64,000 bases of DNA. Source: Hydrolagus colliei (taxonomy: Eukaryota). The stretch's first letter is position 1; every line of letters starts with the position of its first letter. The notes under the pieces are model-generated. The model did no database searches. It was given only the letters and a program-made list of their open reading frames with translations, and was not told where the DNA came from. Of this stretch, positions 35,520 through 47,197 are shown piece after piece. The translations under genes and the position numbers were made by a program. Location: contig CM068746.1 in NCBI GenBank assembly GCA_035084275.1, positions 41,292,001-41,356,000 of the forward strand. The letters run 5' to 3'.

Positions 35520-36640
35520 CAACAGCATCAACAACTAAATTACATTTGTAGAGCGCCTTTCACATCGGGAGGATGTCCCAAGGCCCTGGACAGTCAGTGT
35601 TTCGGACCCGATCCAGAGTCAGGATTTGGGGAAGGTAGAGGGAAGGAAGTGGAAGTGGTGTAACCGATGGCACAGGCGAAGAGGAGGGTCTTGAGCCGGG
35701 ACTTAAAGGAGCCCAGGGAGGGGAGGGGGTGAGGCGGAGGGATTGCGGGATGGAATTCCAAAGGTTGGGGGCAGAGTGGCGGAAGGCTCATCTGCCAATG
35801 TTGGGGCGGGTGGGTGGTGGGACATGGAGCAGGCCAGTGCCTGCTGAAGGGAAAGAGCTGATAAGTTGATAGGGGGTTAGGAGGTTGCAGAGGTGAGGAC
35901 CAGAATCTTAAACTGAATCCTCTGAGCGATGGCAAGCCAGTACAGTCAGGAGAGAATAGGAACTGATAGGGTCACGGACCTTGTTGCTGGAGAGGATATG
36001 TAACTGCAGAGTTCTGGATGATCTGCAGCCTATGAAGGGAGGAACTGGGGAGGCTGACAAGCAGGGCATTGGTTTGGTTGGATTAGGGAATTAGGGGATT
36101 AGGGAATGCAGCGCGGGTAATGGCATGGATGTAGGATATAAACTTATTATTATTATTAAAAGACAGTTGAGGATTGAACAAGACACCTCGCTAGGTTCCT
36201 GACTGACTTGGTGAGGTGGGTTTACATCTATGGAGGTTGAGGCTTCCAGTGCCTGAGGTGCAGAGGAGCTGGCGCGAGCCAATCAGGAGGGCCTGAGTCT
36301 TGTTGACATTCAACTGTAGAAAGGTAGCTCTCATCCAAGATTTGATGTCGGACAGACAGTGATCAGGTGAAAGGACAGCAGTGGTCCTGCGATCAAGGAT
36401 CGAGGCAGTTGTTTGTCATTGGCATACATTTTGAAGTTGACTCCATGTCTGCAGATCACGTCACCAAGGAGGAAGTATATAGATGTTGAAAAGGAGTGGG
36501 CCAAGGACAGAGCTTCATTTTGGAGGTGAGGGAGGTGATGGACGTGAGGGAGGAGGGAGAGATGCAGTTGAAGGTATATGGGGAAGGGGGGGAAGTGAAG
36601 ACTGATTTTATCTGGGTGGATCGTTAGGCCAGGATACTTC
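35520..36640 (-). mobile_element. L2 LINE, about 1.1 kb 3' fragment including the RT catalytic motif
   Basis: LGDVICRHGVNFKMYANDKQL (YADDTQL motif), SLGSFKSRLKTLLF and the 3' tail. Confidence 0.92.
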
Positions 36641-36945
36641 ATTTTAAAAATTGCTTTTGTGGGTAAGAATTTGCCAAAGTCTTAACAATCCAAAATACAA
36701 CATGAAAAGAATAAAACTAGACCCAGGTGAAATTTCTCCTCTATCTGTATCCATCAACAGTGCTGATCTAATCATCTGTCCCACAATTTAAATGAATCTG
36801 TATCTGCAGTCTCCCGGGGCAATGCTGTGTACATTCACACCACCTTTGAGTGAAGACTGTGTTTCCTAATTCACTTTATCGGGCTGATATCTAATTTGAA
36901 GATGTGTTTATGTGACTGACTGCAAAGTCTTTTCCTGTTCAAGCT

Positions 36946-37220
36946 CATAGGAACATAGGAAGATAGGAGCAGGCGTAGGCCATTCAGCCCCACAAGGCTG
37001 TTCTGCCATTCTATTAGATTGTTGTCAATCTGTACCTCAACTCCATTTATCCATCTTTGCTCCTTTGATACGCTTACCTAATAAAAATCGATCCACCTCA
37101 GTCTTGAAAATTTTAATTTATCCAGAAATTCACACACCCTTTTGGGGAGAGAGTTCCAGATTTCCACTACCCTGTGTGTGAAAAAGTATCTCATGATTTC
37201 ACTCCTAAATGGCCTAGCTG
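36946..37220 (-). mobile_element. CR1 LINE 3' end
   Basis: cataggaacatagga tail, ggagcaggcgtaggccattcagccc, gagagttccagatttccactacc. Confidence 0.88.
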
Positions 37221-37494
37221 TATGGGGATCTATCTGTCCACACAACTGAGAGTGCCTGTATTTGACTAACTTTCAATATGAAGATTATTTTCTGTTTTGA
37301 AAGCCTAAACATTCTTCTGAAATCACCTCCTACATACATTGGGTTTATACAGTACTGAATTCATCAAAAACACTCCAACAACACTCCCAACAACTATCAA
37401 TTACATTTGTAGAGCGCCTTTCAAGTTGGTAGGACGTCTCGAAGCGCTCCACGCCAATGCAGAGAGAGCGTTACATTTCTTTATGAAGCTATCT

Positions 37495-37715
37495 TTCTTT
37501 GAATGAGGTGTTAAACTGAAGTCCCATTCCCATCTGCCTGTTTCAGATGGACGTTAAAGATCGCACGATAAAGTTCGAAAAGAGAAGAGAGTTGAAAACA
37601 GAGAAGGGAGTTTCTCTCACTCCTGGTGTCCTAGCCAACAAACCCCCACTCCCAAATAAAAACAGATCTATTCACTTTGTGGCTGTCTGTGCAGGAGTTG
37701 CTGTTGGTTAATTGG
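37495..37715 (+). mobile_element. Deu-domain SINE fragment
   Basis: gaatgaggtgttaaactga..tcagatggacgttaaagatcgcacg..cctggtgtcctagccaac. Confidence 0.75.
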
Positions 37716-37779
37716 TTTCTCTGAAGGAATGTAGCTTCCTGCCCACATGTTGCCCATTCCCCCGTCAACCCAGATCAAC

Positions 37780-37899
37780 TATTTGCTGCTCGTGGCTGAG
37801 AATTATTTGCTGCTCGTGGCTGAGAATTATTTGCTGCTCGTGGCTGAGAATTATTTGCTGCTCGTGGCTGAGAATTATTTGCTGCTCGTGGCTGAGAAT
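37780..37899. repeat. Minisatellite: 5 perfect copies of the 24-bp unit TATTTGCTGCTCGTGGCTGAGAAT
   Basis: Counted directly; no spacers between units. Confidence 0.97.
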
Positions 37900-38039
37900 T
37901 TTGCTTTGGGGAGTAATGAGCACAATCCAATCACCTGGAACGATTAGAGCAGCCCCGCACACGCAGCTCCCAGTTACACTGTGCAAATGGGAAACCGTTG
38001 AGAATCCACCTCCCCCGTCCACAGGAATTCAGAAGATAC

Positions 38040-38395
38040 AACAATAATAATCCTCGCGTTTGATACTACGCCTCATTGCGTCGCCAAGACGCCTCGAAGC
38101 GCTACACAGATTAGAGTGTAGAGCGTAGCAATCGTGTGCTTTGTCGGCCAAACGCAGCAGTGAATCGCACACAGCAATGTCCCACGAAAAGCCACGGATC
38201 GAGTGATCAAATTTATTGATCTCACCCCGAACGGGCAGATAGGACCTCGGTTTTAACGTCTCATTGAATGGACGGCACCCCCAACAACGCAGTGCATCCC
38301 CAGCATTGAGTTGGCCTCTCAGTTTAGACAATGTGAGTCTTGATGTGACGGGGCTGGAACCTGCAACTTTCTTCAGCAGAGGAGAGAAAGGCTTC
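38040..38395 (-). mobile_element. Deu-domain SINE with internal deletion
   Basis: Shared tail, ggacctcggttttaacgtctcattgaatggacggcacccccaacaacgcagtgc (Deu block) and head gggctggaacctgcaactttct. Confidence 0.78.
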
Positions 38396-39197
38396 CACTG
38401 CAGCAGCCACCAGAAACAATCAATCACATTTGACAGTTTCAATCTGTTTCCACTAAGAATTGGTGAGATTTGCTGGGTGTCAGTGAGCTGGTTGTGGGGG
38501 GGGGGGGGGGGGGTGGGGGGGGGGGGTTGAAAGATTCTTATTTGGGGGGGGGGGCATGACAGTAGGTTAAGTGAAACAAACTGGGATTTAATTTGAAAAA
38601 AAAAGAAGCTGACATTATTCTGCAATCCAGGGTCCCACAGCAGGCACTGATAAGCTCAATTTTGCTGACTTATCAAACTGTGGCATCATTAACGCACGCG
38701 GTGATTTATGGAACTGAACACCGCATCCCACCTGCGACTAACACAGTAAAGACGCTCATTTGTCAAACCCTGGTGTGGGTTTCGCCTGCTTTCTTTTGGG
38801 GAATACGGGGTGGCGGGGGAGAGAGGCGAGGGGAGACAGGGCAGGCAGTGGCTGTCAGGCTCATTTCCTGGTTGTGTCCTCAATCGAGGGATTATTGCAC
38901 ACACCATATTGCTGCTTTTAATTATCACCAATACACGTGTCTAAAAAAGAAGCAAAAGTAACACAGACGAGAGATCCTCCAACATGCATTCATCAAGGTG
39001 ATACATAATCGTTGCCAGCGAACTCTCCACGCCGAAGACAACAAGGGAACCATTGTCCTTGTAAACACTGGAAACATCACTCTGCGGAACTGTTTGACTT
39101 TTAGTAAAAGATTCTGTCTCTATTTGACTATTTGCAGAATAGGTTTAAATGCATAAGGCGGAGAATAGATATAAATGCACTGCTGAAGTCATTGCAT

Positions 39198-39300
39198 TGT
39201 GTTGTGTGTGTGGAGTGTGTGTGTGGTATGTGTGTATAGTGTGTGGTGTGATTTGTGTGTGTGTGCAGTGTGTAGTGTGTGATGTTTGTGTGTATAGCAT
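39198..39300. repeat. Degenerate (TG)n tract running into the gap
   Basis: Visible TG repeats. Confidence 0.9.
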
Positions 39301-39521
39301 NNNNNNNNNNNNNNNNNNNNNNNNNNNNNNNNNNNNNNNNNNNNNNNNNNNNNNNNNNNNNNNNNNNNNNNNNNNNNNNNNNNNNNNNNNNNNNNNNNNN
39401 NNNNNNNNNNNNNNNNNNNNNNNNNNNNNNNNNNNNNNNNNNNNNNNNNNNNNNNNNNNNNNNNNNNNNNNNNNNNNNNNNNNNNNNNNNNNNNNNNNNN
39501 NNNNNNNNNNNNNNNNNNNNN
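39301..39521. other. Assembly gap (221 N)
   Basis: Run of N. Confidence 1.
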
Positions 39522-39529
39522 CTGTAGAT

Positions 39530-39990
39530 TGTCCTAAGGTCACAACATTGGTTTAGAAGATGAAAAAGCTTCTTGATTTCATCCATCCAGAGCATCCACA
39601 CTACCCCCACCTAACTCAGTTACCACACCCCCCCCGCCCCCATCACAGCCTCAATCTGCTATTTAAACAAGTCCCGGTGTCGTGGCCTCAAACCACTTTC
39701 TCTGGTATCCCTTCCAGTCACTAATTACCATTTGAATAAAGAAAAACATCTGTGAATCTGTCCTGAACTATCCATGTGGAACTCTAAAGCTGTGTCCCTT
39801 TGTCTTGGTGCATCCTGAAGTATTGTTCATCGAAAAGCTTATACATTTCTATCAAGACCTCTTTGAATCAGCCTCTCTGAAGATACCCAGCTTGTCTGAT
39901 CATTGCTCACAGCTCTAACACCGGGATCCCTTGTTACTCTCCTCCGCGATTCTCCGAGGGTCTGGATAGCCTCCCCTTTTCTGTTCATTT
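39530..39990 (-). mobile_element. Old CR1 3' fragment
   Basis: Reverse complement of the 20785/30575 family: catcacagcctcaatctgctatttaaac..ttccagtcactaattacc..gaataaagaaaaac..tgtgtccctttgtct. Confidence 0.7.
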
Positions 39991-40317
39991 GGTGACCCTT
40001 TGTTTTTGATCCACACTTGATTAAAACACTCACTCGAGTTCTCAAAGGTGACTTTGCCGGTCTGCCTGTGGTCACAAGCTCAAAAATATGTTGCATGCAA
40101 CGAGTGGTGGGTCTTGTTCCCATTCAGTACAACAGCTTGCATTCACATCACAGCCTTCACACAGCAGTGTCTCTGAGCACTGACCAGAGGCAGGGTCAGG
40201 TTCGAGCAAGTGGGCAAAATTTGCCAAGAGGGCCAAATAATAAGGAAAAACCTGTTATTCTATCAATCCTGGGAGTGTCAGTCAGTTCTCAATCGGCTCT
40301 ACGGTGGAGAGATGATA

Positions 40318-40797
40318 ATTATATTGATCCTTGCGTTTGATACAGCAACTTATCACGTCATCGAGACGTCTCAAAGGGCTTCACATAATATATTGTAAAG
40401 TGAATTCACTGAATATTTTCTGGGGCAAAACGTGGCAGCTAATTGTGCACAACAGTGTCCCACAAACAGTCATGGATTGAATGACAATTTTTTGGGGGAA
40501 GGATTATTACAACAACAACTTGCATTTATATAGCGCCTTCATGAAGGGTAGCATTGCGGAGTGCTGGACAGTGGTGGAGTCTGAGCCAGAGGGAAAGGGA
40601 AGGAGGAGGTGACCATCAGTTCCCCCAGAAACCAATCTGCCGATCAACTAACAACTGGGTTCCTATTTACCTCTTGGTAAACAAACGCTTATGGAGTAAG
40701 GAAACTTCCTTAAAATGTCATCGGGTCTGGGAATCGAACCCGGGTCCTCTCTCATGCAAGGTGAGTGTAATAACTACTGTACTACAGTACGAGGCTC
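40318..40797 (-). mobile_element. Long-form SINE, full length, with an L2 tail inserted at about 40508-40617
   Basis: The SINE body is interrupted by caacaacaacttgcatttatatagcgcc. Confidence 0.85.
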
Positions 40798-42617
40798 CAG
40801 ATGGGAAAAGAAGAAAGCCTACATTTTCCTTGTCAAGTAAGCTCCAATTTCTGTGCTGCGATTATATTGGGATAATCCTTAAATTTGATACAGTGACCTG
40901 TCACGTCAGGATTCCAACTGCAAAACATAGTGGCTATAGATTTTCGTAGGCGAATGCTGACTTAAGAATAAAGTAAAAAATATATCAAAATTTACAGCAT
41001 ATCGTGTCCATGCCGGCTCATTTACGAGGGAGGGAGGGAGTGTGTGCGTATACACAGGTTCGCGAGGGAGTGATTTTGTGTGCGTTGCTGTGTATGTATA
41101 CATACGTGCACACTCACATGTATGTGTTCATGTGTTTGTTTATTAATTAAGATCGGCAAAAATCAAATAGGTTGATTTACAATCCCAGTGCAATCATGTA
41201 CATGTACAGCCATGAAGTAAACGGCCAATCTTATCTAGGGGAGTGCATTCTCATTGCAACCAACAATCAGTAGGATAACAAGCCAGAGAAACAATATAGA
41301 TCTAGCTGGCAATTTCTGTTGGAGCTATCTGTTTTTTCGAGCACCGCATCTCTAATGACACCAGAAACTGTGGGATGCTCAGTGCAGCTTGAAGAAACAC
41401 AAGACACATTTCAGCTTATCTTAAAAGGTTCTAATTGATGGACAGAATCCCCACTATCTTGTGCTGGGAATGATACTATCAGGACAATTCATATCTGGTT
41501 CATACAAAACCTGCAGACATATGGAAAATCTGTTGGAGATCTTCCTTAAAGGCAAAATAACTTATCATTTTTGCCTTTTTGCATCTCTCTGGCAGTGACT
41601 GAAGCCTCAATTCTTTTGTGCAGAGAAGGTATAATTCTGTAGCTCTCCACTGCTTAAAATGTGTAACGTACAGTTAAATAAATCTCTTTTTATATGTGTT
41701 ATCAGCCAAAGTGCAGCAGATGGGAATGAAAATAAGCACACCAAGATCAATAATCACCAAGAGTTTTGCTTAAAATGAGGTATTTTTTCAATTAAAATAC
41801 CAGGGCTGCAGATCTACACTGATAACCTTTACTGTCGCTGCAATCCATCAGAACAAAAAAACACATGCATAGGTATGTACCTGACAGGGGACTCGTAAAA
41901 GATACTGCGCGAAGGGCCAACTGAATGAGCTGAGCTAAGCGGCTTGAGTAGACTTCACAAAAATATTCCAGCTGTGGCTGGCAGGTGTTTTCGGCTGGTG
42001 GCTGTGTTAGTCCCCAACCAAACCACTCGCGTTGCTCTCAAGGTTAACGGTGAAGAGAGATGACTGGAGAATTGTAAATGCATCCATGTCATTCAAGTCT
42101 CTTAACTTTATTTTAATTTCAAAGGCAGCAGAACTTTGCAACCCAAGGACTCCTTAAGGCTCACAAGACCAGTTTGGATGAAGAAGACCTTGCATCCCAT
42201 CCAATCGCATCTCACCAGAACACTCTCTACAAGCCCCCACCCCCCCACCCCTCCTCAATCATAGCATCAAGGTGCTTTTTAAATGAATCCCAGTGTGCTA
42301 TCATCTCTTGTGTTCACAGCCAGGCAGCAGATAACGCAATTAACGTGACAAGGTTTGAAAGGACCAATATTCTGAGTCTTCCTGAGTAGCTGTTTAGTCT
42401 TCAAGCTCGTTGGATCAAGACATGTTCCCAACGATATTTACTGCAGCCAGATAAGAAAATAATGTAGATTATCCCAATTCATTTGCTCTTTTCACCTGAC
42501 TATATATATAATCCAACGAATAAACCTGATATTTACACCCAGATGTTTTGTTTTTCAACTTAAAAAAAACACCAGGTCTAACACTTTACTTCATATGCCT
42601 AATTATTAATCTGGCCA

Positions 42618-42822
42618 AAAAAACCACAATAATAAAAATTGGTCATTTCAATCCATGACTGTTTGTGTGGGGGGACGCTGCTGTGCGCAATTGGCTGCTG
42701 CGTTTCGCTTGCAAATATATACAGTCAATTCACTTTACAGTATAGTCTGTGAAGCGCTTTGAGACGTCGATAAGATGTGAAAAGCACTACATCAAATGCA
42801 AGGATTATTATTATTATCATTA
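42618..42822 (+). mobile_element. SINE 3' two-thirds, low divergence
   Basis: Near-identical to the corresponding part of 54351-54690. Confidence 0.92.
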
Positions 42823-42892
42823 TCAACCACCCTTCCTGGGAACCTGTTACATTCTTAAATACCCTCCACTCAATGAAAGACTATGTCTATGT

Positions 42893-43185
42893 TATAATAA
42901 TAATAATAATCCTTACATTTGATGTAGCAACTTATCAAGTCGTGGAGATATCTAACAGTGCTTCACGGAATATATTGTGAAGTGAATTCACGTTACAGTT
43001 TGTGGGATTACCCAGAAAGCCATCCGCAAATTGACTAACATCTGGGCTCCTAGTTCCTGCTAGGTAAACAGGGGAGTGTGGAGTAAGGAAAAGTTGCTGG
43101 ACATTTTGCCCCAAGCCCAGGTATGGAACCCAGGTCCTCTTTGTTTGTGAGGTGAGCCTGCGAGCCACTACACTACAGGACTCCA
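42893..43185 (-). mobile_element. Long-form SINE, internally deleted
   Basis: Tail, CORE-like block and head. Confidence 0.85.
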
Positions 43186-43689
43186 TGTTGCGTTGTAATG
43201 AGCATTATGGGTACACTGCCTGCCACGTTCCTGTATATAAACACAATCATTTGACTTGAGAGACACCCTCTCGTCGTGAAAGGTACAAGATCGAATGTAA
43301 TGCCATCAGTATCATACTTCAGGTCTGTCTGTTCTAACATTGCCCTTCCTTACCCCGAACCCCCATGTCCCTTTATCCTGCTTTCTTGGTGTGTTTGCGA
43401 AATTGCTATTTGGGGGGTTTACTGTTTGTCAGCATCTCTTTTAACACACGTTTTTCTGTTCACAATAAAGCACCATTTGTCACCTGTGCGGCAGAAACAG
43501 TCCCCTTTATTTCACTCGGAGACGGAGAGAAACCCCTCGAGAAACTAGTTGTTAAGACATTAATTTTCTAGTCATAAAATAGTTTAGAAGCGAAACGAGC
43601 ATCCTGGGTATGTAAAAATGAGTTATTTGTACAACTGCTCGATGTGCTTTGTGCTCGGAGGCTGCTCAGTCTCACATCATCACAATGAA

Positions 43690-44045
43690 AGTCCTTGAAT
43701 TTGATATGGAGTCTTATCACGTCGCTGAGACGTCTCAAAGATCTTCGCAGGATGTATCACAACGATAATTCATTGTAAACTTTGTGGACGAAATGCGGCA
43801 GCCAATTGCGCACAACAACGTCCCCACGATGGTCACTCAGTGGATCGATTGACCGGTTTTTGGAGCGATTATTAAGCTCAGAAAGAAATCCACCGATTGG
43901 CGAACAACCGGGTTCCTACTTACTGCTACGTAAACAGCAGCTTGTGGAGTGAAGAGACTTGCCTGAGGTTTCCAGCCTGGGAATCGAACCTGGACACTCT
44001 GGTTTTCGAGGTGAGGGTGCTAATCACTACACTATGGGACTCCAC
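43690..44045 (-). mobile_element. Long-form SINE, full length
   Basis: ccgggttcctacttactgctacgtaaacagcag, gggaatcgaacctgg and gtgctaatcactacactatgggactcc. Confidence 0.88.
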
Positions 44046-44302
44046 ATACCCGCAATTGATTTTAAAAAATCTTGTTGCACGGATCAAACCGTTTACTCAA
44101 ATAAATGTGTAAATTCCCATTACACCCACGGGGAAATACAACTTATTCATTTGAAACACTCTCGCAGAACTTTGCTAATTATAATTGCAACAGGTTCCCG
44201 CGATGCACATGTGCAAAGGCAACAGAGAGTTGGAATTTCAATGAATTTGACACTTACGAGAAAAGAAATATTCACAGGAACCTTCACGGTTACAACTGAA
44301 GT

Positions 44303-44572
44303 TATTATAATAATAATAATAATAATCCTTGCATTTGATATTGTGCCGATCTTGATGTTCAGACATCTCAAAGCGCTTCACAGAATATATTGTAGTGGAT
44401 TTTGGGTGCAAAATGCGTCAGCAATTGCGCGCAGCAGTGTCCCACAAACAGTTGTGGATTCATCCGCCAATTGACAAATAAACCCGGATCCTACTTAATG
44501 CCAGGTAGACAGAGGCGTGTGGAGTAAGGAAACTTGCCTAATGTTTCAACCTGCCCGGGAATCAAACCCAAC
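44303..44572 (-). mobile_element. Long-form SINE
   Basis: (ATA)n tail through the B box. Confidence 0.88.
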
Positions 44573-44856
44573 GAGATGGTGGGAGAACGCTCAGCAAGCT
44601 CGTGAGTCAAGCTCAATGATGAAAAGAGCGGTACAGATAGAAGGTCACGGAGACGGTGTGAGGGTGTGAGGGTGTGAAGTGAGGTGAGGGTGAGGAAGTC
44701 GAACTGAAGTCATCACGTGAATATATTTGAAATGTGTGACTGGCTTGTGGAAAAGCAGGACCGCCGGGCTCTGCAGCGTGTGCAATGTAATCGCAGATAC
44801 AGGTCAGTGATTATCTCTCCCCCCCCCGCCCCGCATACATGAATACAAATGACCTT

Positions 44857-45165
44857 TAATAATAATCCTTGCATTTGATATAGCATCTTATCATGTCATT
44901 GATATGCCTCAAAGCTCTTCAATGGAATACTGTACTATAAAGTGAATTGACTGTGGACATTTCCAATTTTCGCACATCAATGTCCCACAGACAGGCATGG
45001 AATGCAGTGAGTGTTGGATTTTATTTGAGGGTTTTTTTGGCCGGGCACTGGGAGCGTGAAACTCCACTTCTCTTTTTAGGTAGTGCCTTTAACATCCACC
45101 TGAACAGGCAGACGGGATCTCAGATAACGTTGCATCCGAAGGATGGGACCTCCAACGATGCACGG
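44857..45165 (-). mobile_element. Deu-domain SINE
   Basis: ttggccgggcactgggag..tttaacatccacctgaacaggcagacgggatctcagataacgttgcatccgaaggatgggacctccaac. Confidence 0.8.
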
Positions 45166-45639
45166 TCAACGAGCTGGGACTTCCAGTGGGATTCAAAGGC
45201 AGATGCGAGGATTACTATTTCACAGAGCTGATGGTAAACGTTTCTCTTCCTCACCGTGATTTGGGGGGTAAAAAAATTCCTGTCCAAGAACAATTTGTAA
45301 GAATGTCTAAGGAATGAACAGAAAGATAGCAAGTTGAGGGGCTGTTTAAAAACAAAGAGATGCTTGATTTTTCCACGCTTACACACGCTGACAGGACAGG
45401 AGAGATAATGATCGAGTTTCCGTGGGTCACCACAGCTCACTGCCATTAATGGGGCCAACGAACCGCTGCCGACTAAATAATAAATGTGAACTTCCCTCCA
45501 GCAAAATAAATACATTTGCTAAATTTGAGTGAGAATGGCTTCTCAATCTCTCCTATGGCAATAAATCATCTTGTGAGGCATTGGCTTCACAAGGACGCAG
45601 CCTGAACTGAGTGTGCGCGCGCAGGAAGGGACGCAATGG

Positions 45640-45933
45640 AGAAAATCTTACCCTCACCTTCAAAGCCCTCCAAGGTCTGTGACTTCCTAAAACCCTACCA
45701 ACTCATCCACTCGGCAGGCAATGGCCTGCTCCACGTACCCCACCCTTCCCGCTCTACCGTCCCTTGCCTCTTTCAAGGCGCATTTCAAGACTTGCCTCTT
45801 CGTCCACGCCTTTGGTTGCCCTCCTGCCCCCTGCCCTCCTCCCTTTCCTGATCCCAACCTCCTGACTATCCAGCATCCTGGGACAACCTCCCGACGTGAA
45901 AGCCACTATGTAAATGTAAGTTGTTGTTGTTGT
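45640..45933 (+). mobile_element. L2 3' end
   Basis: SLASFKAHFKTCLF and a (GTT)n tail. Confidence 0.85.
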
Positions 45934-46688
45934 TCCGGGTGTGGCGAAACATTAGGCAAATTTCCTTCCTCCACGTGCCTCTGTTTCCCTTGCATTAAAG
46001 TAGAAACCCGGATGCCCGTCACTTAGCGGATCAGTTTCCAGGGATAATAATCCCTTCAAAATCCCTTCCAAAAAAAATACAAATTGGCTGCTGCATTTCA
46101 CCCACAATATATACAGTCAATTCATTTTACAATATATTCTCTGAGGTGCTTTGAAATGTCACAATGATGCGATAAGGTACTATATCAAATGGAAGGATTA
46201 TTATTATTAATGGGTGTGTGCGCAGATCGCGAATGTGTGCTGCACAGCGATTTGACACCACAGCCATCTCGGTGAACAATGTAATTCCAGGAACACTCAC
46301 GGCCTTGTTATTAGTGCTGGTTTTCATTTTATTGAGACCATTATATAAATTTAAAAAAATTAATGAACAGAAGAGCGAGTGAGGGCTGTAATTTAATCTC
46401 ATCGCTCAAAATGACATAAACCACTCGAGTTTGCTTTCCATTAAATGACAGTCTTATTGCAGCCCTCCACCAATCAGAGTTCTGCTTGGTCCACGAACTA
46501 CACACCATTCATTTCATTCTGAAAAGGCAAGATTGCTCACCTTTCAGTGAATCGGTTTTCATTACACTTAAGGACAGTGTATAACATTGCTGATGTGTGC
46601 AGTGGAACTGGAGGAAGAGAAGGCGCTTTCAGAGACACTGCACCTTCAAAGGAGGAGGGCGGAAGCTCGAGTCATTCTTGGGGGAAAC

Positions 46689-46912
46689 TACAGTAAAAGC
46701 CTGTTTATCCGGCACCCTCGGGACCAGGCCAATGCCGGTTAAAGCGTATGCCGGATGTTTGGCCGAAAACAGCAAAAAAAAAAAAAAACTTTTTATTTGA
46801 AATAATGCATTTTTCTGGATAAATTCCGGTTAATCGAATGCGGACCTTTTTTTTTGTGATGCCGGTTATACGGAAGTTACGGTTGATCGGGTGCCGGATA
46901 AAGGGGAGGTAA
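46689..46912. mobile_element. pogo/Tigger-like MITE (Tc1/mariner superfamily)
   Basis: TA|CAGTAAAAGCCTG left end; perfect 14-bp inverted repeat TTTATCCGGCACCC (46704-46717) / GGGTGCCGGATAAA (46889-46902); the right terminus is degraded. Confidence 0.7.
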
Positions 46913-47088
46913 GCAAAGTTTTCTTGCAGCTGAACTTGCTCCAAGGTGATAGGTTTAGCAAGGGAATGGCTGAACAGAGCCAGCCCTCTGCAGAGAGTAA
47001 GGGTGGAGCAGTCACTGGAAGCAGTGACTCCATCCCACTCAGCACCTAGCTCCTGTTAATCCTGCAAACCTAAGGTCTAATGGGTAGA

Positions 47089-47197
47089 CATCATGGAATA
47101 TTACAGCACAGAATATTACAGCACAGAAATAGGCTATTCAGCCCATCGTGCCTGTGCCAGCTCTTGGGAAGGAGCTACCCAATCAGTCCCACTCTCA
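47089..47197 (-). mobile_element. CR1 3'UTR fragment
   Basis: tacagcacagaaataggctattcagcccatcgtgcctgtgccagctc. Confidence 0.8.

Noticed and set aside
37780-37899. CRISPR-like array
   Set aside because: The units are contiguous with no unique spacers, there are no cas genes, and the context is vertebrate; it is a minisatellite.
39128-39610. ORFs spanning the N run
   Set aside because: Artefacts of the assembly gap and the (TG)n tract.
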